64,000 nt of DNA from Pseudomonadota bacterium (GTDB taxonomy: Bacteria > Bdellovibrionota_B > Oligoflexia > Silvanigrellales > Silvanigrellaceae). The translations under genes were made by a program, and so were the position numbers. The stretch is from contig JBDLRP010000032.1 of assembly GCA_039799905.1 (NCBI GenBank), forward strand, positions 1 through 64,000. Reading direction: 5' to 3'. The notes beneath the pieces were generated by a model. That model was not told the DNA's origin. It searched no databases and was given only the letters and a program-made list of their open reading frames with translations. Shown in pieces: positions 1 through 8,996 of the stretch (position 1 is the stretch's first letter; every line of letters starts with the position of its first letter).

Positions 1-1415
1 ACTCCGCTCGAAGTGCCGCTGCACGAGAGAAGATCTGCCGGCAGGTTCGGAAGCGAACCGACCATGTTGTAACTCGAAAAAGTACGCAGTCGTTCGCGCG
101 TCATGTAGCGCATGTAATGAAGATTTTGCAGGCTGTTGACGGGCACTTCGTCGCAGTCGGGAGCGCTCACTCCGCCGCAAGAAAATTTGATGGTGTAGAC
201 TTTAGGATATTCGCTGTTCGGGTCACCGGCTACGACGTCCTCCGGCTCTGCGGGAAACAAATGGGAGAGGCAAGCTGAGTCAGTTGGAGAGGGTTCTGGA
301 TCGGTAGTCGGCGGAAATGGCGGCGGAGGCGGAGGCGGCATAAAATCTTTGCACGCCGGCTCCATCATCTGTCCGACGAACATCCTGAATCCGGCCTGTG
401 TCGCATAATCCTTCCAGGGGCTGTTGATGGGAAACGCCGACGCTGAAGAGAGATCGGGTCCGTCATTTTCAACTTTCTTAAGTTCCGCTACTGCGCGGTC
501 GCGTGTGTCCCTGAGGAACGTATCCTGACTTGCCGGCAAATTGGAGAATTCGACGTCGAGCACAATCATGTCGTGATATGTTGCACACGTGTATTGTTTG
601 GCATCGTTGCCCGCAGAGTTGGGATCAAGCGGTATCATGCAGCTCTGTTTGGGTGTCGGGCTTGTTACTGTAGAAGGGTCGGCAGGCACATCAAAGACCG
701 TGTTCATGTCGCGCACCGCAGGCTGAAATGCCTTGAGTATGTCGACGGCGTTTTGGTTTGTGATGGCGCTCGTTTTTACCTTGTCTGTCAACGATTTTCG
801 CAGAGTCTTGACGGCCTCGAGCTCAGGGATAGCTAAGTCAATGTTGACGTAGGCTTTGTTGAATTCGAGCAGATTTTGACCCTGACTTTCAAACAATGAC
901 AACACTACTCTTTCGTTCACTGAATAATCAAAGCAGTGTGCGGCCGAGTAGAGACGGACCTTCAGCGGGTCGGCGCGCACGGGAAAACGCTCAGCTTCAA
1001 TGAACTCCACTGACTTACCGTTCCAGGGTGAGCCGGCAATTTCTGGTGCGCGAATTTCGCCCGTTCGCTTGGGAAATTCCATCAGCACGCTGCAACGATA
1101 AAACTTCGCATCCGCAGGCACGTCGCCCATCACATCGGTCGGATTGCGCGATTGGATGTAGAGATATCCGCCTACAGTTTTGGCTTTGAACTGGCCGAAG
1201 TGTTTGTAAAAAAGGCTTTGCTGCAGTTCCGGATCGGCCACCTTGTTGGGATCAAACGTCGTTTCGCTGTCGGCAGTAACAATTGTCGGAGTTTTGAGAA
1301 CGCTCGAGGTTTTTGAACAACCAATTCCTCCGCTCCCACCACTGCGCCCGGGTGCGCATGCAGCCACGCAAAAAAGAGGCAAAGCAATCAACTGGGAACG
1401 TAGACGGCGATTCAT
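1..1415 (-). CDS. Partial (runs off window start) lipoprotein, probable highly divergent trypsin-like (S1) serine protease, >471 aa
   Basis: Absent from the ORF track because there is no stop in the window. Manual translation from ATG 1415 (GGAGG upstream) is open to base 1. N-terminus MNRRLRSQLIALPLFCVAAC (lipobox); LYSAAHCF (His motif), YHDMIVLD (Asp-like motif), poly-Pro tract. No Ser motif inside the window. Confidence 0.75.
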   Translation of the reverse strand, partial: MNRRLRSQLIALPLFCVAACAPGRSGGSGGIGCSKTSSVLKTPTIVTADSETTFDPNKVADPELQQSLFYKHFGQFKAKTVGGYLYIQSRNPTDVMGDVPADAKFYRCSVLMEFPKRTGEIRAPEIAGSPWNGKSVEFIEAERFPVRADPLKVRLYSAAHCFDYSVNERVVLSLFESQGQNLLEFNKAYVNIDLAIPELEAVKTLRKSLTDKVKTSAITNQNAVDILKAFQPAVRDMNTVFDVPADPSTVTSPTPKQSCMIPLDPNSAGNDAKQYTCATYHDMIVLDVEFSNLPASQDTFLRDTRDRAVAELKKVENDGPDLSSASAFPINSPWKDYATQAGFRMFVGQMMEPACKDFMPPPPPPPFPPTTDPEPSPTDSACLSHLFPAEPEDVVAGDPNSEYPKVYTIKFSCGGVSAPDCDEVPVNSLQNLHYMRYMTRERLRTFSSYNMVGSLPNLPADLLSCSGTSSG

Positions 1416-1437
1416 ACGCTTCAACCCTCCACGTCTT

Positions 1438-1464
1438 GTATCGACGGGTCGTGGCAAGGCTGCA
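1438..1464 (-). promoter_or_regulatory. Candidate sigma-28 (FliA)-type promoter
   Basis: Minus strand TGCA-N15-GTCGATAC; the -10 box is identical to the one upstream of the flagellin; -35 box is weak. Confidence 0.4.
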
Positions 1465-1543
1465 GGTTGAAATTTTAAATAACCGAAAATATTGGATTTT
1501 GTTGTGTTGAACGATACTTTAAACCCGAAGGGCCTCGGCCGGT

Positions 1544-2953
1544 CTACCTGAAATCGTCCTCATTGTTGCCGAGTTCGACACTGTGCTCGAGGGTGCCGGC
1601 ACCTGGGCCGCTGAGAATGAACTCACCGAGCAGTTGAATTGTAGTGTTGGGCGGAACGGTGGCGCGGGCAATGATGACACCTGATGGAGTCCTGCCGTCT
1701 GCGTTGGGATTGAGAAAGATTTGCTGCCAGTTGTCACTCAGGCCCGTACCTCTGAACACGATGGGCGACGCTCCATCGGCTGTCAGCCTCAGTGTCGCGA
1801 ATCTTTCTTTGCTGCCCTTGTTGGTGATGGTGATGGGGTGAGAGTAGTGCACGGCCCAATTTCCCCAGTTGGGCAACCTCCATGTTTTTTGGTCATTCAA
1901 ATACAAATAATGACGCGCCGACATTCTCATGCAGTTCATTGCGTCCTGCGGCCAATGTGAAGGGCACACAAGGGTGCTGTTTGGCATGAACATTTCCACA
2001 AGATCGTCGACAATCGCGCGCAACCGCTTGGGGTTTGAATCCTGAGGGTCGGGGGCGATGTGAGTCACCCACGAGCTGCTTTGAACAGGTATCATTGATT
2101 GCTGCAGAGCATTTCCGACACACGCTGGTGTGCGATCTGCGCGGCAGGACGATTCTTTGTCGTTGAGCGGAACAACGTTGTGCAAGCTGTAGGCAATCGG
2201 AAGTGCGCCCGTGGGAGTTGTGTCGTCTATGTTGAAGTCGGCTCCCCGCAGTGTCACAGAAGACGTCGGTGAGATGCCTTTATAGACAAGATTTTCACGC
2301 ACGCCAAAGAGCGCACGCTGCGAATATCCGATATCGGAGAGTGTTTGCGCCGGCTGCTTTTGGAAGACAACCTCCTCAAGTGTGACCTCGCCACCGATGA
2401 TTTGAAAATCGCTCACCCCTGCAAAATAGTGTCCGCTGCGGATGACAGAAGATTGAGTCGTGCCGAGAAACTTCCGCTCTCCGGCGCTCAGCGTGAAGGT
2501 GACATCTTTTGTGGGTGAATTGAACATTCGCACGAACTCATTGCCGCCAAGCCGAAAGCTGTTCGTTTCAATGCCTTCGTTGTTCAAAACGACTGTCACG
2601 GGAGTGGGGGAGTTGTTGCTCAGCAAAATTCCTGAGCGGATGCCGAAAGGCATCATGTTGCGGTGTTCCCACCATGCACGATAGGAGCCGGCAGCCAGCC
2701 GGCGGATACTGAACAGCGAACGGGAACAGTCAAGTCTGCGCCAATCCGGAAACTCGTCCGCCAGATCACACGCTTCGCGCGTCAACCAGAGAAACTCAGG
2801 GTTATTCATAAAAATCAGCTGCCGCTGATGTTCCGCAGAAGGCTCATAATGTATTCTCGCGGCACGTTGTCCTGGCGCCGACAGGTCGTACGCCTTTGCC
2901 GCAGTGTGATTCACAAAGGCAGCAGCGAGAGTAACAAGCACCGTGGTTTTCAT
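1544..2953 (-). CDS. Secreted hypothetical protein (possibly DUF3370-like)
   Basis: Long ORF; likely start MKTTVLVTLAAAFVNHTAA (signal peptide). IFMNNPE, WEHRN and GNWAVHY resemble SNSPE/HxN/GNYGVxY patterns. Confidence 0.7.
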   Translation of the reverse strand: MKTTVLVTLAAAFVNHTAAKAYDLSAPGQRAARIHYEPSAEHQRQLIFMNNPEFLWLTREACDLADEFPDWRRLDCSRSLFSIRRLAAGSYRAWWEHRNMMPFGIRSGILLSNNSPTPVTVVLNNEGIETNSFRLGGNEFVRMFNSPTKDVTFTLSAGERKFLGTTQSSVIRSGHYFAGVSDFQIIGGEVTLEEVVFQKQPAQTLSDIGYSQRALFGVRENLVYKGISPTSSVTLRGADFNIDDTTPTGALPIAYSLHNVVPLNDKESSCRADRTPACVGNALQQSMIPVQSSSWVTHIAPDPQDSNPKRLRAIVDDLVEMFMPNSTLVCPSHWPQDAMNCMRMSARHYLYLNDQKTWRLPNWGNWAVHYSHPITITNKGSKERFATLRLTADGASPIVFRGTGLSDNWQQIFLNPNADGRTPSGVIIARATVPPNTTIQLLGEFILSGPGAGTLEHSVELGNNEDDFR

Positions 2954-3077
2954 GCGTGAAGATGTTAAAAAGCGCAGCAAATTTTGTGTCAGTTGAGACG
3001 CTTGCAATGTTGATTTCCTTTCGTCCCTGAATCTGCCATTGTCTTGAATCAAAGAAGTTTAGCCAAATGGGTTCAGG

Positions 3078-3695
3078 ATGCAAAAGGTCAATCCAACACT
3101 CGAGCGCATTCATGCCTTGCGAGCCGCATTGGCGGGTGATTCGGAGGAACGAAAGACTCATCACACCATCGGTGAGTTGATGGCTCTTCTGCAGCCGCTT
3201 GAGCTTGCGCTCGGTGGAATTGTGTTCTCCGTGCCGTTTCTGCAGCCGGTGCCGTTGCCCGGACTCAGCACGCCTATTGGTCTGGCAATGGCAACTTTGG
3301 CTGTATTACGTATGACCGGCCGCAGCCATGTTGCGTTGCCGAGGCGCCTTCGCGAGCGCAGGATTGATTCGGAAACAATGGATAAAATTCTTGGCTATGC
3401 GGAAAAAATGCTAACAACGCTGGGCAAGATTCCACATTGGGAATGGGGTCGGCTTGGCCGTCTGTTGGCTCAGCCGCGCGCTCTTTCAGCCCACATCGCC
3501 TTTATGGCGCTGCTTTTGTCGTTGCCGTTGCCGATCCCCTTCAGTAATTCTGTTCCTGCATGGGGCATTATTTTTGCGTGTCTGGCAATGATTGAGGCAA
3601 ACGGGATTTACATTCTGGCTTCTTATGTAACCCTGATCGGCAACCTGATTTTTTTCGGCGGCTTGTTCGGTATGGCCGCAACATTTTTTCAATAG
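3078..3695 (+). CDS. exoD: ExoD-family exopolysaccharide synthesis membrane protein
   Basis: 205 aa hydrophobic protein with PFLQPVPLPGLS and LSLPLPIPFSNSVPA motifs typical of ExoD. Confidence 0.8.
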   Translation: MQKVNPTLERIHALRAALAGDSEERKTHHTIGELMALLQPLELALGGIVFSVPFLQPVPLPGLSTPIGLAMATLAVLRMTGRSHVALPRRLRERRIDSETMDKILGYAEKMLTTLGKIPHWEWGRLGRLLAQPRALSAHIAFMALLLSLPLPIPFSNSVPAWGIIFACLAMIEANGIYILASYVTLIGNLIFFGGLFGMAATFFQ

Positions 3696-3714
3696 ACCCG
3701 AGGAGCGACGTGGC

Positions 3715-4227
3715 ATGGTGAATGAGCCGACACTAATTGGGATTTTGCAGGCATCACTCGCTCCTGTCACGGTTATTTCGGGTGCCGGACTTCTCTTGGG
3801 TGCGATGACCAATCGCTACGGGCGGACTTCCGATCGCATCCGCGTCCTGATGAGGGAATACAGAACGCGTGAGCATGACAAGCGCGCCGCAAACGCAATC
3901 ATCACGGAAACAGTGATTCTTTACAGGCGTGCCCGCCTCATCAGAACTGAAATTGTGGCCGTAGCTGTCAGCATATTCTTTGTTTCGGTCACAATCTTCA
4001 GTTTGTTTTTTAATCTCGTCTATGGAACCGCGCTCGACAAAATTGCGCAAACGTTCTTTCTTTTGAGTTTGTGTTCTTTGATAGTTGCCATGGTGTTTTT
4101 TATTGCCGATATTGTTGCTTCCTTGAAGGCTTTGCGTGTGGTTCTGAGCTCGGAGCCTGAGCTATTTGAGGCGTGCAGCCAAAGGATCCGCTGGCTGAAG
4201 CAAGTTGATCTGGATGACGGCGAGTAG
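3715..4227 (+). CDS. DUF2721-family membrane protein
   Basis: LAPVTVISGAGLLLGAMTNRYGRTSDRIR signature plus TM helices. Confidence 0.8.
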   Translation: MVNEPTLIGILQASLAPVTVISGAGLLLGAMTNRYGRTSDRIRVLMREYRTREHDKRAANAIITETVILYRRARLIRTEIVAVAVSIFFVSVTIFSLFFNLVYGTALDKIAQTFFLLSLCSLIVAMVFFIADIVASLKALRVVLSSEPELFEACSQRIRWLKQVDLDDGE

Positions 4228-4241
4228 AGACGGGAGTCTAC

Positions 4242-5444
4242 GTGGCATTGGCGCAAGTTTCAGAAGTTTCAACGTCTGCCGGTTCAGCATTCGGCTGGGA
4301 CTATGAGCAGGTTTACTGCGACGGCGACGAATACTTTTCAGCCATTTTGTCTGCCGTCGAAAGCGCACGCGAAAGTATTTTTGTTGAATCCTACATTTTT
4401 GATTTCGATACACTTGGAAAACGTTTGATTGACGCGCTGCAGGCGGCGCGCTTTCGGGGAGTTGAAGTCCGCGTCCTGATTGACGGCGTGGGTTCGGCTA
4501 ACTTCATTTCACGCTCACTCTCGGCTGTGCGTGATAGCGGACTTGAAATTCGGGTTCATCATCCGCTTCCGTGGCAGATTGTGCCTGAATTCTTGCTTGG
4601 CAGGGGGCTGGGTTTAAAGGCATTTCTGCGAGTTTTTTCGCTTATGAACAGCCGCAACCACAGGAAGTTGGTCGTAATTGACAGGCGGGTTGCCTTTGTC
4701 GGCAGTCTGAACATCAGTGAAGTCCATCTCGCTGAAGTGATGAATTCACGTGCGTGGCATGACGTCGGAGTTCAATTGCGTGGAAAATTGTGCGAGGCAT
4801 TGCATTTAATCTTTCAAAAGACCTGGAATAGAGCATGGAGAAGTACGCCTTCTGGCTTCCTTAAGCCTCAATTGTTCTTGCGGCACCGAATGCAGATTTC
4901 GGATAGCCCATTTATTATTAGAAACGATGGTCGAGCCTTGCGTCATAGAGCGCTGAGCGAAAGGCTGCGGATGATCCGCAGCGCACGGCAAAGAGTTTGG
5001 ATTGCAAATGCCTATTTTGTTCCGGGCGGGCAGCTGTTGCGTTCGCTGATGGCTGCTGCACGACGCGGTGTGGACGTTAGGATTCTGTTGCCGCAAATTT
5101 CGGACATAAATTTCATGCCTTGGGTTTCCAGAGCATTTTACGAAAGTCTGATACGTTATGGTGTGCAGGTGTACGAATACACACCGCGAGTGCTGCACGC
5201 GAAAGTCATACTCACCGATGATTCTGCGTGGATTGGCTCTTCAAATTTGAACCATCGCAGTCTGCTGCACGATCTTGAATTGGATGTGGTGCTCAATTCC
5301 AAGCCGGCATTGCGCAGGTTGGAGAAAATTTTCTCTGCCGACTTCAACTCGTCCCATGAAATCGATAAACTCTTTGGTGCAGGCCAGCCGTTGTTGCAGC
5401 GCTTGGCCGTGGGAGTTCTTCTCTATTTCCGGCATCTGTTGTGA
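4242..5444 (+). CDS. clsB: Cardiolipin synthase ClsB-like phospholipase D
   Basis: Two HKD motifs (NHRKLVVID, LHAKVILTD), IANAYFVP, no N-terminal TM; adjacent to a YbhP-like gene as in the ybhP-clsB operon. Confidence 0.85.
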   Translation: MALAQVSEVSTSAGSAFGWDYEQVYCDGDEYFSAILSAVESARESIFVESYIFDFDTLGKRLIDALQAARFRGVEVRVLIDGVGSANFISRSLSAVRDSGLEIRVHHPLPWQIVPEFLLGRGLGLKAFLRVFSLMNSRNHRKLVVIDRRVAFVGSLNISEVHLAEVMNSRAWHDVGVQLRGKLCEALHLIFQKTWNRAWRSTPSGFLKPQLFLRHRMQISDSPFIIRNDGRALRHRALSERLRMIRSARQRVWIANAYFVPGGQLLRSLMAAARRGVDVRILLPQISDINFMPWVSRAFYESLIRYGVQVYEYTPRVLHAKVILTDDSAWIGSSNLNHRSLLHDLELDVVLNSKPALRRLEKIFSADFNSSHEIDKLFGAGQPLLQRLAVGVLLYFRHLL

Positions 5445-5454
5445 TGGGTATTGC

Positions 5455-6216
5455 ATGCGGATTGTGACCTACAACATTCACAAAGGATTCTCATTCGCCA
5501 ACAGGCAGTTTGTTCTGTCGCAGATGCGTTCCGCACTGCACGGTATAAACGCCGATGTCGTCTTGCTGCAGGAGGTTCAGGGGGAACACCGGCGGAAGGC
5601 ACGCGTTGTTCCGCAGTGGCCGCAATCTGAGCAGCATGTTTTTCTTGCCGATGGGCATTACGACTACAAGGTATACGGACGCACATGGGACGGCTGGGAC
5701 GGTCATCACGGCAACGCAGTGCTCAGCCGCTTTCCAATTATTTATTCAAACAATATTGATGTATCGAATGTTTTTTTTCAAAAGCGTTCGCTGCTTCATG
5801 TTGTTGTGCTTGTGTCTCCGGAGCGTCCGCCAGTGCATTTCATTTGTCTGCACTTTGATTTGCATGAACGAGGACGGCAGACGCAGGTTTCCCGATTGAT
5901 AGAAAGGATCGAGCAAACAGTCCCGCATCATACTCCGCTGGTCATTGCTGGTGACTTTAACGACTGGCGGGGGCAGCTTTCGCGCAATTTGGAGTCTGTA
6001 TGCGGCGTGACCGAGGCTCACAAATGGGTGCACGGCAGATATGCTCGCTCATTCCCCAGTAATTTTCCGATTCTGCCGCTCGATCGTGTTTACTCGCGAG
6101 GCCTTGAATATCGCGGGGTCAAATGCCTGAGCGGAACGCCGTGGACACAGTTGTCCGACCACGTTCCGCTGGTTGTGGATTTCGATTTTCGAGAGGCACT
6201 CACCAACCGGGGGTGA
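5455..6216 (+). CDS. Endonuclease/exonuclease/phosphatase family protein (YbhP-like)
   Basis: Start refined to MRIVTYNIHKG; LLQEV, GNAVLSRFP, AGDFNDW, LDRVY and SDHVP motifs. Confidence 0.9.
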   Translation: MRIVTYNIHKGFSFANRQFVLSQMRSALHGINADVVLLQEVQGEHRRKARVVPQWPQSEQHVFLADGHYDYKVYGRTWDGWDGHHGNAVLSRFPIIYSNNIDVSNVFFQKRSLLHVVVLVSPERPPVHFICLHFDLHERGRQTQVSRLIERIEQTVPHHTPLVIAGDFNDWRGQLSRNLESVCGVTEAHKWVHGRYARSFPSNFPILPLDRVYSRGLEYRGVKCLSGTPWTQLSDHVPLVVDFDFREALTNRG

Positions 6217-8038
6217 GTGCAATCGGTGCGGGTGGCTTTGGTGCTGTCACATCCGCATAGGATGCGGCTAATTTGCTCAGATTGGCCTCGACAATTGCTT
6301 TTTCCGCGGCAGACAATCCATCGGCTGCTTTTGCGTTTCTCGCCCGCTCGAGCGCACGGCTGATTTCATTCACTGCCGAGTTTCGCTCTGCAGCCGGCAG
6401 CTGTTCGGCAAGTTCAAGAATCTTCAGCGCGGTCTTCATCATGCCCTTCATAGGTTTTTTGACCATATCAGGGAGAGGCACAATTAGATTTTCCAGTACA
6501 GATGTTCCCTGAATGATGCCCGTGACAACGAAATCCTGCGGCCTGCCGACGTCGCCCTGATTGCAGTCGTAGCGTTTGGACAGATCCTCGTCCGTACAGA
6601 ACACTTGCTGCTGTTTTGGCGATTCACCAAAGTAACCCCAGCGCACCGCTGCAGTGTCGTAGGACCCTGGTTCACGGCGGATGTTGGTTACGAAGCCCGG
6701 TTCGTAATCCATCACTGAACTTGAAATTCCGTTTGCGTCGATACGTGTGGAAGCCGCAAAATTGTGGCGGAGACCGAGTGAGTGTCCGAACTCGTGCATT
6801 ATTACACTGAAGTAATATCCTTTGACGTATTCCTCTTCGCTCTTGGATTTGCCGTCGGCAAAAAACGAGACGACAGGATTTTCCCCGGTGCCTTCGACAA
6901 GCGGCACGTTGCCGATTTTTCCGCTCAGTTTGCTGAACTGGGGAGAGGCTTCTGCGGTATATCGATAGATTTCTTCAAAGCTCTTGCGGGTCGTGCTTCC
7001 GTTGATGAGGATTTGTGTCGAGACGACTTCGCCGGTGAGCGGGTTGACCATGGTCGGAGCATAGCCCGCCCACGGGACCTCCTGATCTAGGCCGTCAATC
7101 CATTTCACCACATTGTAGCGTGGGTCGCCCAAATCCATGTCCTCGCTGGCGATTTCAGTTTTGAACGCGTCGAAGCCAAATGAAATGTTCCAGCTTTCGA
7201 TCGCCTGCTTGCCGACTGATTCGTACTCTTTGGGGAAGTCTTTCAGGTAGATAATCTGCTGCGCGGGACGCTTGGATTCCACATCCAGCTTGTAATGTGC
7301 AATCGGCAGCTCGCCATCCATGGAACGGGTTCTGGCCGACGGAAAGAAACCGATGTTTTCGAGCCGTGCCATTTTTGCTGTACGGTTGATGATTTGCGGA
7401 TCTTTAACCTGACGCTTGAGGAAGAGACGGATTTTTACTTCGCCGCTGCGGGAAGCCGTGTTGTCGGAAGAATCCTTGGCAAGAGCGAAAGAAACACTGT
7501 GAACAATGTCGACAATAACAGTGTCCGGATCCTGAACCACTTTAACGACTCTCGGCTGTGCGACCGTCTGCCAGCTTCCGGCGGCGATGCCCGCATCGAC
7601 GTCGACAGTGCTTCCGCCGATATCGTTCCAAAGAGAAAGATCGTTTCCTGCCGTGTTGAAATCTACTTCGAATCTGCCGTTACCTTTTTCGCGTACATCG
7701 AAACTCAGGAGTTTTTGCCGGCGACCGTCTGAACCTGCGGTTGAAATAAAGAGCTGTGGCTTGCCTTCGGGACCCGCGGCGAGCACAAGATCAGTTTCAA
7801 CCGGACGGAAGTTCAGGTTGAGGGCAGTTCCGTAGAATCCCTTGCTGTCGATAACGTTGAGGCCGAACAAAAATTTGTCCGAGAGGTCTCGGCTCTCGAG
7901 GAGTGCGGTTGTTTCGGAAGTGCGCGCGAAATTGACTTCTGATGAGGTGTGCGAAGACCGCTGGCATCCGGTGTCCAGAGTCGCCGAGGCGGCGACGGCA
8001 GCGAAAAGGCAAAGTCGTGTGAAATTTGTCTTTGTCAT
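6200..8038 (-). CDS. Exported zinc-dependent metalloprotease (met-zincin, DUF4953/EcxA-like)
   Basis: HEFGHSLGLRHNF, SVMDY Met-turn, GDPRYNVVKW, NPLTGE, YDTAAVRWGY; signal peptide with Cys. Confidence 0.9.
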   Translation of the reverse strand: MTKTNFTRLCLFAAVAASATLDTGCQRSSHTSSEVNFARTSETTALLESRDLSDKFLFGLNVIDSKGFYGTALNLNFRPVETDLVLAAGPEGKPQLFISTAGSDGRRQKLLSFDVREKGNGRFEVDFNTAGNDLSLWNDIGGSTVDVDAGIAAGSWQTVAQPRVVKVVQDPDTVIVDIVHSVSFALAKDSSDNTASRSGEVKIRLFLKRQVKDPQIINRTAKMARLENIGFFPSARTRSMDGELPIAHYKLDVESKRPAQQIIYLKDFPKEYESVGKQAIESWNISFGFDAFKTEIASEDMDLGDPRYNVVKWIDGLDQEVPWAGYAPTMVNPLTGEVVSTQILINGSTTRKSFEEIYRYTAEASPQFSKLSGKIGNVPLVEGTGENPVVSFFADGKSKSEEEYVKGYYFSVIMHEFGHSLGLRHNFAASTRIDANGISSSVMDYEPGFVTNIRREPGSYDTAAVRWGYFGESPKQQQVFCTDEDLSKRYDCNQGDVGRPQDFVVTGIIQGTSVLENLIVPLPDMVKKPMKGMMKTALKILELAEQLPAAERNSAVNEISRALERARNAKAADGLSAAEKAIVEANLSKLAASYADVTAPKPPAPIALTPGW

Positions 8039-8183
8039 TGCAGCTCCCTAAAACAACCCAGTAATCTGGAGGCGGCTTGCGGTGCATTTGCAGCTAGCCG
8101 ACCAGCCAGTCATGGCTAAGAATTGATGCATAATTAGTCAATAATAATCTGCTGAGGCTGGATTTTTTTGAGGAAGTACTGAA

Positions 8184-8996
8184 ATGACAGATGTTTTTAA
8201 ATCAATCGGCCTTTCGAACCGGTCGACTTGGGCCGGACTGCGGGTGGTTGCGGTCGACATCGATGGCACGTTGACCATGCGCGGAAGGTTTCCTGCCGAG
8301 GTCGTTGCATCACTCTACACACTGCAATCACGCGGTATTAAGGTTTGCCTCGTGACAGGGCGGCCGTCTGGTTGGGTGCAGGGATTGGCGACCTACTTAC
8401 CCGTCGATGCTGCAATTGCCGAGAACGGCGGAGTTATTTTCTTGGGGGCTGAAACGCAACCTTTGATTCGTGATGCGCAAACGGGGAATTATGTGGCCAT
8501 CGGCGATGAGCAAAGCCGCGGGAGTTTGCGGCAGATGTACTCGCAATTGAATTCTGCGCGACCTCAATTGCGGGTAACGGAAGACAATCATTACCGACTG
8601 AGCGATTTTACCTTTCACGTGAACGGGCTCGGAACCGAGGCACTCAGTGCGCTGAAATCTCAGGTTGAACAAGCCGGACTGGCATTCACTTGGTCAACCA
8701 TTCATGCTCACATCATGCCTTGCGGTCAGGAAAAGGGTGCTGCACTTGAGTGGCTGCTGGAACGCTGGGGAATCGAAAGCCGACCCGCAACAACCACTCT
8801 GACCATCGGTGACAGCCCCAACGACGCATCGCTTTTTTGTGCCGACAAGTTTCCGCTCAGCGCGGGTGTTGCAAATATTGTGAAATACCGTGATTTGATG
8901 GAGCACTATCCGAGAATCATCAGCACGATGGCCGAAGCTGACGGTTTTGTCGAAATTGTGAACACGCTGCTGAAAATAAAAAGCGAACATTTGTGA
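8184..8996 (+). CDS. HAD-IIB family hydrolase
   Basis: DIDGTLT, VTGRP, AENGG, KG and GDSPND motifs. Confidence 0.9.
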   Translation: MTDVFKSIGLSNRSTWAGLRVVAVDIDGTLTMRGRFPAEVVASLYTLQSRGIKVCLVTGRPSGWVQGLATYLPVDAAIAENGGVIFLGAETQPLIRDAQTGNYVAIGDEQSRGSLRQMYSQLNSARPQLRVTEDNHYRLSDFTFHVNGLGTEALSALKSQVEQAGLAFTWSTIHAHIMPCGQEKGAALEWLLERWGIESRPATTTLTIGDSPNDASLFCADKFPLSAGVANIVKYRDLMEHYPRIISTMAEADGFVEIVNTLLKIKSEHL

